Made by a program: the position numbers and the translations under genes
Shown: one piece after another, positions 12,574-25,507 of the stretch
Position numbering within the stretch: the stretch's first letter is position 1
How the letters are laid out: every line of letters begins with the position of its first letter
Notes under the pieces: generated by a model
Databases searched by the model: none
What the model saw: only the letters and a program-made list of their open reading frames with translations
Told to the model about the DNA's origin: nothing
Source of the DNA: Macrostomum hystrix
Taxonomy: Eukaryota; Animalia; Platyhelminthes
DNA: 64,000 nt
Direction: 5' to 3'
Assembly: GCA_950097015.1 (NCBI GenBank)
Contig: CATNEN010000007.1
Span: forward strand, 11,222,001-11,286,000

Positions 12574-14340
12574 TCGCCACGCATCAGGGAGTTGATTGTC
12601 CACACAAGTGAATAATTAGTCACAGCTTAGCAGAAGCGGCATGACAGGCAGGAGCACAGTCCACATGAGCTCATTAAGCACTTCGTTTAGCATTATCATG
12701 AGTGCTCTCCGGTGCTCCTCAAAGTACGCAGCTGGAGAGATTGGCAAGCCATTTATAAATTGGAATTAAGCTCTGCTGCACTTTCCCCATCCCCCCGATA
12801 GAGCAGCCATAATTAACCTGTCCGTCAGGGCTCACTTTTGTTGGCTCCAGCCGTGACTCCCAGCTCATTCTGCCACAGCCTCTTCCTCCTTGTCCGTCAG
12901 CAGAGCCGCGGATCAATCGCCAGTCTGACCTCTACCCCACTCGCGCCTCTCCTCTGGCCAGCCTTCTTCTCGGCTTCCGCGTGTGTTGTCGGCTGCGGCT
13001 GCGGCTTAGCTCGAGATCGGGCCAGCTCGATGCAGCGGTTTGAGGGGAGCCGAAATGCGGAATAATGCCGGCCAGGGACCGCAGCCGATCACCACGCGGT
13101 CGAATCGTGCTGCGAGTGCAGCCCCTTCCCGCTTTCTCCTCCTTCTGCCTTCCTCGGCAGCAGCTCCGGCTGCGTTAGAGACGCCCGACCGCTCGCCTCC
13201 TCCCCTTCCCCAGCTCTCAGTCTGCCGCTAGACTCGCAATGCCACGGCTGCCAAGGCTGTGGGGAGCGGCCCGGCAAATCCCAGGGGGAGAGGAAATGGT
13301 CAAGAGGAAATCCAGGCTGCAGCCTCCCATCTCCATCTATCTGCCGCTTCGCCCGTGCCCCAAACTGCCCGGCGTTTGCGGAGGGCGGGCCTGGAAGTCG
13401 GAAATAGGCGAAAAATGGGAAACAAAGATTTGGAATCGGGAGATTGGGAGTGAAATATTGTGGAATGTGGGGAGCTTAAATTAGCAGCATCGGAAAAGGG
13501 ATGAGAAACTGAATGGGATTTGCAGTTAGACCGGAAAGAAAAAAGTTATCATGGTGAGAAAGGAATGAGAGGCTGGCAGAAATTCTCCCTGATCGATGCG
13601 GTGCGGGGGGTAGCTTTTGTGGAAAGCGGTAAGACGGTGGAGAGAGGAGACGGCAGAGAGGAGAAGACATGGCAAAGAGGGCATGGTGGAGAGGAGATGG
13701 CAGAGAGGGGATGACAGGAGCAGAGAGGGAAGATCCTTGGCCGGCCTGAGTTGGCAGTGCAGGCGGGCTGGCGGCAGTCCTTGTCTACTGCGGCTGAGCC
13801 CGCAACTGCTTCCCGCTCTGTTTGCGGCCAGCTGACTGTTGCTTCTCCCCTGGTCGCAGCTTTCCGATGCACTTCTATCGCCAAGGAGTCGCCAAAGATG
13901 CGGTGGTACTTGCAGCTACTTCCCGCTGTGGCAAATCGAATTTCCCCAACCGGCAGTGGGCGGACCAATCGCTTTGCGCGATGCCGCACCGGCATAATCA
14001 GATTCCCATTCCCTTCCCCCCGGGGGCACTCGCAGTCTATCAGCGGAGATGCCAGCGCGGAGCAGAGCTGGTCGGAAGTGCTCTCCGAGCTTTCAAGCTC
14101 ACTTTGGCCGGCCGCTTGGGCAATGATGCCCTTTTCTAGCATGCGGCGCTTTTAACTGATTAGGCGGATAAGCGGATCGATTTGATTGCATCGATACGGG
14201 GCTGGGGTGGCTGCCGCCGATTGACTCCAACAACTAGCACAAACAGTGGACTCGTAATACAGATGACAAATTGGCAGGATGATGGAATGACAAGATTGAC
14301 TAAAGAAAGAGTGAAAAGATGACGGACTGACTATTTGGCA

Positions 14341-14480
14341 GAGTGACAAGATGATGGACTGGCTAGGTCACAGAGTGACAAGATGACGGACTGGCTAGGT
14401 TACAGAGTGACAAGATGACGGACTGGCTAGGTGACAGTGACAAGATGACGGACTAGATAGGTTACAGAGTGACAAGATTG
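14341..14480. repeat. Short ~30-bp tandem repeat
   Basis: GAGTGACAAGATGACGGACTGGCTAGGT-like unit, about 4 copies. Confidence 0.8.
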
Positions 14481-15525
14481 AGACAGACAGTTGAAAGAAT
14501 GACAAGGACAGGCTGACAGAAAGAGGAGCGTCAAGACACTGTGACGCAAGATGTGGGTGCAGGGCGGGTTTTTTTAATCATTTGAGCATGAAGCTGCTCC
14601 TACAAATAGCTCAGAGGAACGGCGACAATGGTCACAAGAAATGCGCAGTGACTCGGGTGCTGGCTCAGCCGCAGCTGGTTGGTGGCATTAATTGTTAATC
14701 GGGAAATCACCAAATGGCCATTGCTATAGGGGCCCTGCAGCTGTGGGCAGCTGGGAAGAACAGGCCTGCCCGACAAGCCGAGCCACCGCGATCTCAAATC
14801 TGCCTTCGCCTTTTGCCTTTGCTAAATAGCATCGGTGCCGTTCCCACTGCATGCCTTGCTGTTTTGTCTGCTCCGACTGGCCTGTCCCGCCCCCTGCTCA
14901 AAGCGTGCACTCTTGCCACATGACATAATGTGCAGCAGGCAGGCAGACAGACAAAGAAAGATTATAGGCGAGGATAGCGAGCGGGCCGCCCCGGCTACAG
15001 GAAGGACAGTGATGCAGCTGCCCGCGCCATTGAAGATGGATGGGCGATTTGTCTGGGGACATAGCTTGGAGGCCAGGACTGGTACTGCTTGGTGCGCTGG
15101 CTAATTTCAGCTGCACCTCCCACAGGGCGAGTTACCATGCGTTTGAAGCCAAATGAAAAATACACTGAGACAAAATGATGCACTAAACTACAGTGCAAAG
15201 CTTGCAGGGATGAAGCAATTAAAGTATTGCATAATCACGGTGGGTAAGTTCTGCTTCTATTATAGTTCAGCTTCTGGTTTAGGCTTGCCGCGTGGCGACA
15301 GTCTTTTACAGACGAAAATAGAAGTACACTTGTATCTATGCAGGCTGCTTGTTGTACGAGTAGTTAGCTAGAGTTATAAAATCATATTTTGTGTAATTAT
15401 GCATGAAAACTGTTGCAGCTGAACCCAACTCACATCCACTTGGTCCAACTCAGTTCTTAGCCAAAACCATGAACAGGCCGCAAATATTGATTCACAAATT
15501 ATTTAGTGTCTGCTGCGCGGTTGCC

Positions 15526-18500
15526 TTAGTGATGATGGTGCAGCTCCACCCCCAACGGGTGCCACATGGTGTGGGTCTGGTACGGCATCTTGATGGCCGC
15601 CTCCCAGTGGGTCCAGCGCTCCCCGCTGCACCGGTTGCCGAGTCTCAGGGCTCCTGCGCAGTGGTCGATGGCCAATTATTTCAGCTGATGATCTACTCTG
15701 AGCCATGCGCCACCAGCTCTGGCAGAATAGCCCCCAATCAAATGTACATCGTGCCTGCCTCGCCCACTCACTGACCCACACTGACTCATACCCCGCCACC
15801 TCCTCACCGAATGTACATTTCGCCTGCCTCGCCCACTCACTGACTCATACCCCGCCACCTGCTTACCGAATGTACACCGTGCCTCACTCACTCGCTGACT
15901 CGTACGCAAAAACATCCTAACCTGCCCTTCGTCGAATTAGTCACCAAAAACTCTTAAAAGTACATTCCCCGGCAGTCAACGGGCCGCCATCTTCCTAAAG
16001 CAGAAGGACCCGCTGTAAAAATCCGCGAATCAGTCGGCTAATCCAATTCTGAATTAGCTAAGCGACTTAGCTGGGGAAATAGTCTTGCTTTCCACACAGG
16101 GCCTGAGCCGAATATTGGGCTTTAATGCGTTGCAGGTAAAGTGCATTTGATCAGAAGAAAATTTTCAGACGAGCACTGCATACGCTTTTAGTTCGATAAC
16201 CCCCTGTGTTCAGCAAGTTCGTGACCTCACCAATGAAGTCGTTCTTGGTGCCGAAGTCTTTGTCCCACACTGTTATCTCCAGAGTCTTCAGCGGCAGCTC
16301 CAGTGGCGACACGCTGAACAGGAAATCCTGCGGGAAACCCAGGGTATGCTCAAACTGGACTCAAAAGGGGACTTCACAGAAAATTTATTTGGAAAAGTCT
16401 TGAAACTTCTTTCGCCAATGATGGCCATCATAATCTCTCTAACTAACTAACCTGCCTCATTTGCGAATTGGAGCACAGAACTCAAGTTTTAGCCAGATTA
16501 AATACCTGCCTCAGCTATCACATTCAGCTATCTAACACCTGAATTCACCTCGTTGAACTCCGGGTTGAGTGTCTTCTTCTTCACGGCAGTCTTGTACCTG
16601 CCGCTCCTGTTGCGGTCGGGTTTCAGGAATCTGCGGGCGGGGCAGAGGCGGGTGCTCAGCTAATTGGAGGCCGCTCGAGCAGGTCCGAGTCTCCGCTGTG
16701 CTCCCCCGCCCCAGTGTCAAAAGTGAGCTCAGCGAGGAGGGCAGAGGGGTATCAGATTGCCTCTGCTCGATAATGAATGGCGAGGGCAGGGCGAAGACTC
16801 ACAGCTTCACGAAGGGGTCGCTGTAGCCGTTGGGGTCCATGGCCAGCAGGTTGACGCACTGGATGATCTTCACTGTCAGCTCGCTCTTGGCTGGCGCGTA
16901 GAACAAGCCGATTTGAACCTTGCCCCGCTCCCAGGCCTGGGATGTGAGCGACCGCTCCAGCTCCTGTGGGTTGGCGGGCCGTCTCATTACAGGCTGGCCG
17001 CGGGGAGGGTAAGGCGAGAAGGCGAGACGAACCCCCGAGTTCGATGGGACCCCCGAGAATGTCGAGCGAATTGGGAAATCAATATGGCGGGCGGGATTCT
17101 GGGCGACTGTTGAAGGGAGTGGAGGGTCGGCCTTCGCTGTGCTAAAAATAAGCAAATGGCGAGTGCAAATCTCACTGGGCAGGTCAAGTGGCTGCGGCTA
17201 GAGGGACAGACATTGATGGGAAAATGCACTCACTGGAAGCTAGGAGAGCAAGTCACTGAGTGGGAGAAAGTTACTGAGTGGCAGAAAGTCACTGAGTGGG
17301 AGAAAGTTACTGAGTGGCAGAAAGTTACTGAGTGGGAGAAAGTTACTGAGTGGGAGAAAGTTACTGATTGGGAGAAAGTTACTGAGTGGGAGAAAGTTAC
17401 TGAGTGGGAGAAAGTTACTGAGTGGGAGAAAGTTACTGAGTGGGAGAAAGTTACTGAGTGGGAGAAAGTTACTGAGTGGTGAGAGAAAGTTACTGAGTGG
17501 TGGGAGAAAGTTACTGAGTGGTGGGAGAAAGTTACTGAGTGGTGGGAGAAAGTCACTGAGTCGTGGGAGAAAGTCACTGAGTGGGAGACAGTTACTGAGT
17601 GGTGGGAGAAAGTCACTGAGTGGGAGAAAGTTACTGAGTGGCAGAAAGTTACTGAGTGGGAGAAAGTTATTGAGTGGGAGAAAGTTACTGAGTGGGAGAA
17701 AGTTACTGAGTGGGAGAAAGTTACTGAGTGGGAGAAATATTTTGAGTGAGAGAAGCATACTCAGTGGGAGGAGGACATTAGAGGGAGAAAGGCTGTGATT
17801 GAGCGAGTGTGAAGTGAGAAGGGGTATTCCGAGCACTATTGAGATTGGAAGCTCTGAATCGATCAGACGAGGACAAGGAGGCCGTGGCTGGGGCTAGGCA
17901 GGGTCGCAGGGGCTAATAAGGTTCTCAGAAATCCCATCGCCCCAGTATCCGGCCGCCGCGACCCGCACCTCATTCTTTGGCTGCAGGTGCACCTCGTAAT
18001 ACTCCTTCCGGCCGTGGGCCAGCTGCCTGAGTGGGAACACGACCTCCCCCATCCAGTCAAAGCCGATCGTGTCCTCGTCCAGCACGGTGAACCTGGCGGA
18101 GAGGGTGGCGGGTGGGGCGGGGTTTCGGGGCTCAAGTTGCTGACGGAAGCGGCTCAGCTGGCTGTAGAGCAAAATTTTAATTCCAGGAGACAGCCGCTGA
18201 GTTTGAGGCATTCCCGAGTTCTGGGCTAATAGTACAGGCAACCAGCCGGGGGGCCGCTTGTTAAATACTTGAACCGGCCCACCTGAGGTTTTTCTTCTCC
18301 AGGTCGGCCGGCAGGACGCCGCTGTAGCAGAACTCCTCATCCCAGACGGGGCTCAGGGTCCTGTGGCAGGTGCGCGTGCGCAGCTTGGTGCCCTTGCCAG
18401 TGTCAGGCAGCAGGTGGACCTTCACGTAGGGATCTGAGAGGCCGTTGGAATCCTGCGCTGTCAGCCCGGAGCCCTTGATGATGCGAATGTACAGGGCCGA

Positions 18501-21050
18501 GTTCTCGATCAGGTACTGCAGGGCGAAATGCACCTGGCCCAGCTGCCGGTTAGGAAAGTGCGACTCTAGTTTCATCCGCTGCAGCTCCTGTAGCTGCTGC
18601 TGCTGCCGCTGCAGCTCCTGCTGGTTCTGCTCGTCATTGTTAGCCTTGTCGGCGGATTCAACGGCCGATTCATTGCTGCCTGACGATTTGGTTGACGCTG
18701 GCGATGAGGTTGGGTTGGAAGCAGAGTTTAAAACATTGCCAGGGTCCCACTTCACAGCTCAAAGCAATGCACTCACATTTCCGCGTCCAATTCTCGGGCT
18801 CCTCGTCCTCGGCCTCCCTGGCAGCTACGAGCGGAGCATCGGCCGGGTCCGTGGCACCGTAGTTGGTGTAGCCGCCGCCCGCCTCTCGGCTGTTGCTCAC
18901 GACTGTCGCCGTTGCAGCTGCCGCCGACGACACAGTCGTTGCCAAGCTGGACTTCTCTGATGACGGGCGATGACGGTTCGAAAACAAGTTTCATTACTCA
19001 TGTGCTGGAAACCATTTGAAGACACGTGGAAACCAGACAAATTATTATTGGTTGACGTTGGGAGTCACGTGAAAACCAGACAGATTTTTATTGGTTGACG
19101 TTGGGAGTCACGTGATTTCAGAACTTATTTCGATTTTAGGGGTGTTTTCCAGATCGACGAAAGAACGTCATACTCGTCGAATGCTTATTTGAACCGCAGA
19201 TTCAAACCCACATCCGCCACGGGGGTAATCCACCATTTTTACATGATTGAGCGGTAGCCAGACTTGATATTGACGTGAATGAATGAAAACGTTTGAATGG
19301 CCACGCTCGTAAGCAGCGGATTTCATTTGTTCAGAGGTCAAACTGTGCGGCGGGCCACAGTTTTTCCTATTTGACGTAGAGTACAGTTTGTGGTTGACGC
19401 TTGGAAAATTTTGGCGAAAATACTCCTTTCTAATTAGCAGGAGATTGAAAAGGGACTCGAAAGGTGACAAGTGTGTTTAGAGGCAGGATAAGCTCAGAGG
19501 CAGGAAAGCAGAGCCTGAATGACAGGGGGCTGGAAAGCGGACAGAGGTAGGGCAAGTTTTTGTGTCGCCCTCGGGAGGCGCAGCTCCGCTCCCAGCCCGC
19601 CGGGAGTTGCCTGAAAACTCGCCCTGATCAGCCCCTGACAGTTGCCGGGGATGCGGCCACCACCTGTTCAGCTTTTGCTCGAGCGATTTCTTCTCAGGAC
19701 TGCCGCTCCGCCCTCTCCTGTCCCTCCTCACTGCCGCCTCCCCTTTCTCCTTTTCTCCTGCCGCGTCCCCCGCTTCGTTAGCCGAGCCGGCTGGGAGCCG
19801 CGGCTCAGGCCCCGGATGCGTGCGTGTAGCGGGGATGTTTTTCCCAAAACCTCGGAAAGTCGCCCGAGTGTTCCCGGCTGCCAACTGGGAGCTTTCTCCT
19901 CTACAATAAATCCCCTCCTCCTATCCCCCAGGCCTCTCCCGTGGGGATTCGACTGCCTCCCCGCCGAAGGGATTTAATATAGCGGGATCTGAGATCTGGG
20001 ATATTTCTCTCGCGCCAAGGTCGAGCAGAGCTGAGTCGGGGCGGCTGGGATGCGATGTAGCGGATGATGAAGGAGGGGAGGCGGGAGAAGCTGCGGCTTA
20101 GAAAAGTGAGCGACGGAAAGAGTAACCAGCGGAAAAGCTATTAATATTTGATGAGCATGGCGTGAAGGTCCTGCGCTCGAATCCGCAGCGTAGCCCAATC
20201 AATCGAGACGACGGTGGCGGATTGGAGTCAGTGAGTACATTCTCATAAGCTTAAGGTGGTCCCTGCCTGGACTCACGACGGCACTAGAGTACTTTTCCAG
20301 CTTTAGCCCTAGGCGGGTCAATTACGTAAGTGCAGCAGCTCAGAGGACGCCACATCACCTGGGATCTGTGGCACCTGAGCAAACATTCCTTCTGCCTCGC
20401 CACAGTCAGTTGTGATTCGACTTTGTGAAATTTGACGCCTTTAGTATGAGGACTGACGATGTGAGCTGAGGCCCTGGTTTGAGCAAATTACTATGGGATC
20501 CAAAATCATGCTCAGCATTTTTCTCTGCTCAGAGGAGCGCCTGGGCAAAGACCAGCCATATCGCTAGTACATCACAGGGGCCGCCAGTCTGATTGAATTT
20601 GCTTTCATTCCACTTCAATTCGCTGCATGAGTTTATCCCATGATGCCCTGATCCCATTGACTAACAAGTTACGGGGGTCACATATCATATCACACTCCTA
20701 TCCAATGTATCACTGGTCCCATCGCATTCTTATCCCACGAGTCTGCTGCCCGGAAGCTCACCATTCGCTCTACTAACTGTCGCTGCCTTCGCAGCTTTCA
20801 GCGGCACGAATTTGTCGTCGTCATCCTCGATGTGTCGGCTGTCGGCGGCAAAAGCAGCCGCTGAACCGCAGCTGCCCCTGGACGCGCGGCCGCAATAGCC
20901 GCCACTGCCGCTTCCGCCTCCTCCGCGACTGCCGCCGCTCCAACGACCGCGGCCATCCGACCTGCGCAAGCGGCCGACGATGTCGGCGACAGCAGACAGG
21001 GCACCGGTTGGACAACAGTCGAGCAGCAGCCGGCTGACCGCCGAACCCAT
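15526..21050 (-). CDS. DOC2/rabphilin-like double C2-domain Ca2+ sensor; exons 21050-20762, 18956-18777, 18697-18283, 18092-17969, 16963-16803, 16630-16549, 16327-16231, 15653-15526; about 491 aa
   Basis: C2A: [40 protein letters not shown]2B: [61 protein letters not shown]. All introns are GT-AG with matching phases, 1476 nt total. The first exon is less certain than the C2 exons. Confidence 0.88.
17250..17737. repeat. 18-bp (some 21-bp) minisatellite in intron 4 of the double-C2 gene
   Basis: ACTGAGTGGGAGAAAGTT. Confidence 0.95.
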
Positions 21051-22255
21051 GCTGCGGACCGCTGCGGTCGCCGAAGGACTTGGACTGAGAATGGCTTGGA
21101 CTCAACTAGACGGATAGCTGCTCACTGGACCTCTGAGAACACTGCTCACTTCTGCTCAGTAGGCTGATGGGAATCCGGGAGCGGCTTCTGGATGATGCTG
21201 ATGAGAGAGCTCGGGCCTCACCGGCTGTGGTTGGGTCTGCACGGCGGACCCAATGGGCGGCCGCCTCAGGACTGACTGATGAAGCGGAGCAGGAATGCCG
21301 GGTGCATTGCTCAGCAGAGTGAGAGCTGGCAGCTCATGTCCAGATTGATTTTTTTACTTCCCAGCGCGGCTAGTAGTTCCCCGCTCCCTCGGCACTTGAG
21401 CCGCTGAGTTCTTATCCCAGCCCGCAGCCGTGCTGCCGAGGTCTGGCCTGCCGCTGACAGCAGTGAGTGGGTCCCTGCCAGACCCAGGGCTGCTGAACTC
21501 TCAGCAGGAGGCGTTGGTGCAGGCAGTATGCTCACGCACCAGCTCAAACTTATACCGGTAATATATTAACTATTAATTAATTGCAGCGCTTAGCCCGGTC
21601 TCTCCGCGCCTGCCTCCACAACCAACGAAAAGCTCACCGCAAACAGTTTGTGGTTAGACGGTGGGTGCCGAGATTCAGAGACTTGCAGCTCGCTGCTCTA
21701 CTCACAGTAGCACAGTGAGCATTGACAGTTTGCTACAAGTTAGCTAAGCCATTTTTAATAGGGCGGCACAGCGGAGATGAAAGTCAGCCTCAAAATTTTG
21801 ATAATCGATTTTCTGAGCACGGCAGTCCAACTGAGTCGCATTGGGCACTGGCGCGTGTTTCCTAGAAAAGTTGCGCGGAGCAGACGGAAGCAAACAAGCG
21901 GGCACAAATTTACTCAATACGTGTCCGTCAGCAAAGCTCCGCAGCCCTCATTTCAGGCCATAGACGGCATCGATAAAATGCCACATAAAGCGAGCCGTAC
22001 TGCAGCACCGCCTACCCTGCCCTGAATAATCAGCCCGGCCTCTCGTCTCACTGTTGCTCTGGCAGTGAGTCTGCACTGAGCAGGGCTTTTACCGCTCAGA
22101 GAAGTTTTTCTAGGTGGCGGTGTGCCTCCTAGTCTTTTCAAAGTTGAGCTGATAGCTACAATATACTATACTGAGCTTAGCAAACTGCTGCATGCACAGT
22201 AACACAAGAGCAGGATCAAGAATTACATAAGCGTTTTCGAGTGAATCACAGGAGC

Positions 22256-23470
22256 CCTAGCAAGAATCGCAGCAGTAGACCTAGCAAGAATCGCAGCAGT
22301 AGACCTTGCAGGAATCGCAGCAGTAGACCTAGCAAGAACCGCAGCAGCAGACCTAGCAAGAATCGCAGCAGTAGACCTAGCAGGAATCGCAGCAGTAGAC
22401 CTAGCAGGAATCGCAGCAGTAGACCTAGCAGGAATCGCAGCAGTAGACCTTGCAGGTATCGCAGCAGTAGACCTAGCAAGAATCGCAGCAGTAGACCTAG
22501 CAAGAACCGCAGCAGTAGACCTTGCAGGAATCGCAGCAGTAGACCTAGCAGGAATCGCAGCAGTAGACCTAGCAGGAATCGCAGCAGTAGACCTTGCAGG
22601 AATCGCAGCAGTAGACCTAGCAAGAATCGCAGCAGTAGACCTAGCAAGAATCGCAGCAGTAGACCTTGCAGGAATCGCAGCAGTAGACCTAGCAAGAACC
22701 GCAGCAGCAGACCTAGCAAGAATCGCAGCAGTAGACCTTGCACGAATCGCAGCAGTAGACCTAGCAAGAATCGCAGCAGTAGACCTAGCAAGAATCGCAG
22801 CAGTAGACCTTGCACGAATCGCAGCAGTAGACCTAGCAAGAATCGCAGCAGTAGACCTTGCACGAATCGCAGCAGTAGACCTAGCAAGAATCGCAGCAGT
22901 AGACCTTGCACGAATCGCAGCAGTAGACCTAGCAAGAATCGCAGCAGTAGACCTTGCAGGAATCGCAGCAGCAGACCTAGCAAGAATCGCAGCAGTAGAC
23001 CTTGCACGAATCGCAGCAGTAGACCTTGCACGAATCGCAGCAGTAGACCTAGCAAGAATCGCAGCAGTAGACCTTGCACGAATCGCAGCAGTAGACCTAG
23101 CAAGAATCGCAGCAGTAGACCTTGCAGGAATCGCAGCAGTAGACCTAGCAAGAATCGCAGTAGACCTAGCAAGAATCGCAGTAGACCTAGCAAGAATTGC
23201 AGCAGTAGATCTAGCAAGAATCGCAGCAGTAGACCTTGCAGGAATCGCAGCAGTAGACCTAGCAAGAATCGCAGCAGCAGACCTATCAGGAATCGCAGCA
23301 GTAGACCTAGCAAGAATCGCAGCAGCAGCTCTGTCAGGAATCGCAGCAGCAGCTCTGTCAGGAATCGCAGCAGGAACTGAGTCAAGAATCGCAGCAGCAG
23401 CTCTGTCAGGAATCGTAGCAGGAACTGAGTCAAGAATCGCAGCAGCAGCTCTGTCAGGAATCGCAGTAGA
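22256..23470. repeat. 24-bp minisatellite, about 50 copies
   Basis: AGCAAGAATCGCAGCAGTAGACCT with TGCAGG/TGCACG variants. Confidence 0.97.
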
Positions 23471-23909
23471 GCTTGATACAAGCAGTGCACTAAGCGATGA
23501 TTTTCACAAGCTGTTGAAGGCACGTATTTTTTTATACTCGCCTAGTGAAAATGCATTTCAGTTTCCTGTTCGTCGCAATTTCGTTTTCTACAGTAAAGCC
23601 GAATTTTTTCTAATTGTGAGATTTGCATTTGAAATCTAATTGAAATCTACAGCCAGGATAATTCAGATTGAAGGGCTGAAATGACAATTGTCCCGTCAGA
23701 GCAAAATTCTCTTTGTGAAGCCGGCACTGCCAGTCATTGGCTGCTGAGTGCTCTCGATGACGCACTTCAACCAGGACTCGATTAGACGCCTCCGACATGC
23801 CCTGCCTGAGAGACTGGTGTGAGATGCTGTGAGACTTTTTAAATTTATATAACAGTACATTCAGCATTCACAGTGACTTCTGCGGCTCAGTATTGAGTAT
23901 GGAAACGGC

Positions 23910-24313
23910 CCTCCCAGCTGCCTGCAGTCAGTGAGTCTGTCAGCAATGACAGTTCCTCCCAGCTGCCTGCAGTCAGTGAGTCTGTCAGCAATGACAGTTC
24001 CTCCCAGCTGCCTGCAGTCAGTGAGTCTGTCAGCAATGACAGTTCCTCCCAGCTGCCTGCAGTCAGTGAGTCTGTCAGCAATGACAGTTCCTCCCAGCTG
24101 CCTGCAGTCAGTGAGTCTGTCAGCAATGACAGTTCCTCCCAGCTGCCTGCAGTCAGTGAGTCTGTCAGCAATGACAGTTCCTCCCAGCTGCCTGCAGTCA
24201 GTGAGTCTGTCAGCAATGACAGTTCCTCCCAGCTGCCTGCAGTCAGTGAGTCTGTCAGCAATGACAGTTCCTCCCAGCTGCCTGCAGTCAGTGAGTCTGT
24301 CAGCAATGACAGT
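23910..24313. repeat. 45-bp near-perfect minisatellite, 9 copies
   Basis: CCTCCCAGCTGCCTGCAGTCAGTGAGTCTGTCAGCAATGACAGTT. Confidence 0.97.
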
Positions 24314-24795
24314 CCCTCTGATTCAGTTTCAAAGTGCAAATGGTTCAACAGTCGCCAGACAAGCTTCAGTCTGTCCCAGTCAGCTTTTTGATGTCTGCTC
24401 TCGATTTTATTGTGTCGGCATTAGCGCCCGCCTCTCTTATAGCAGCAATTGCATCCGAGAATGAGGCGGCGCAGAGCAGCGGCCCGCAGTCTGCATTGTG
24501 GTTATTATTATTTTAGATTATAGTGCAAAAAAGCCTGCATTTATTGCCAATTTTACCGTTTCCGTTTATACAAGATCGCGAGGCTATTTCTGTCTAGACT
24601 GCGAGCGGGGATTCCACTGCGGTTCATACGCATCGGCTCCGCTCCGCCAGCTGGCATTCAGCTCAGGCCGCTGATCCGATCTGCGGCGTCCGCTGAGGAG
24701 CCGTTCCGAAACGTAAACACTGACACCGACTTTGGCGAGACGAGGTGAAGCGACAGGCGACGAAGCGAAGGCAGGCGGCGGCCGTCCCGCTCTTT

Positions 24796-24958
24796 GATTG
24801 GCTGGCCCTGTCTGCTCCGCCAACCCACCAGAGCTGGGAGGCCGGTGGGGCGGGTAGGGAGGATAAATATGGGGCTCAGGCGGCGAGGCTGGGATCTCCG
24901 CTCAGTTCTGTGAGTTCGGCTCCTGCTAACACGGCCATCGGCTCGGAATCAATCTCAG
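24796..24958 (+). promoter_or_regulatory. Candidate core promoter and non-coding first exon of the neuropeptide gene
   Basis: ATTGG (reverse CCAAT) at about 24797, TATA-like ATAAATA at about 24863, Inr-like TCAGTT at 24902, donor CAG|GTGAGT at 24959 and a strong pyrimidine-rich acceptor ending at 25483. Confidence 0.45.
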
Positions 24959-25507
24959 GTGAGTCAGTTGCACAGAGGGGGGTCGTCGCCGGGTTCTGGG
25001 AGCAGCTCAAAGGTGCTCCAGTAGCGTTGGTCAACCGCTTCCACCAGGACGCGGTGTGCCTTATGCGATGTGCGGAGTACGGAGCGCAGAGCTGCTCAAA
25101 CTCTAGCCCTGATCTCACCTGGTCAAGAATCCCAGATAAAATCATCCATTGCCCGCTGATGAGGTGGGAGATCCCCTGGAGCTGGTGGGAAGCTTCAAGG
25201 CAAACTGAGTTCCCCCACCCGATTTCACCGTCATCTGTCATGCCAGCTCAGCTCGCTTATGGCAGGGACAGAGCACGGATGGACGGCCGGGTCAGCCGCT
25301 CATCCATCAGGTCGGGGTCTCGGATGAGGCAGCCGGGCCTCTGGACAAACACGAGCTCGAATAAAATCACTTTTCCTTGCAGAGATTCGCCAGTCCAGCA
25401 AGGAGGCAGTACTAGAGAAAGGCGGACCTGTTAAGCTCAGCCCGGCCCACAAGGCAACTCTCGCTCTCTCACCTCTCCTGCAGCGGACAGCACAAGGCGG
25501 TCGCCTA

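Noticed and set aside
11252-12623. Long Ser/Leu/Pro ORFs (442 and 425 aa)
   Set aside because: Stop-free reading of a 23-bp minisatellite; the unit is not a multiple of 3 and several frames are open.
12700-14160. GC-rich overlapping ORFs (e.g. 13549-14142 minus)
   Set aside because: No recognisable domain or coherent splice model; may be UTR, lncRNA or regulatory DNA.
19477-19884. Possible cassette exon of the double-C2 gene
   Set aside because: The candidate donor (AG|GTGGTG) is weak and phase 2, incompatible with the phase-1 acceptor at 18956.
22241-23523. RSSRPSKN-repeat ORF resembling a basic adhesive or protamine-like protein
   Set aside because: Open on both strands, GTG start, no signal peptide or supported splice partner; it behaves like the neighbouring non-coding arrays.
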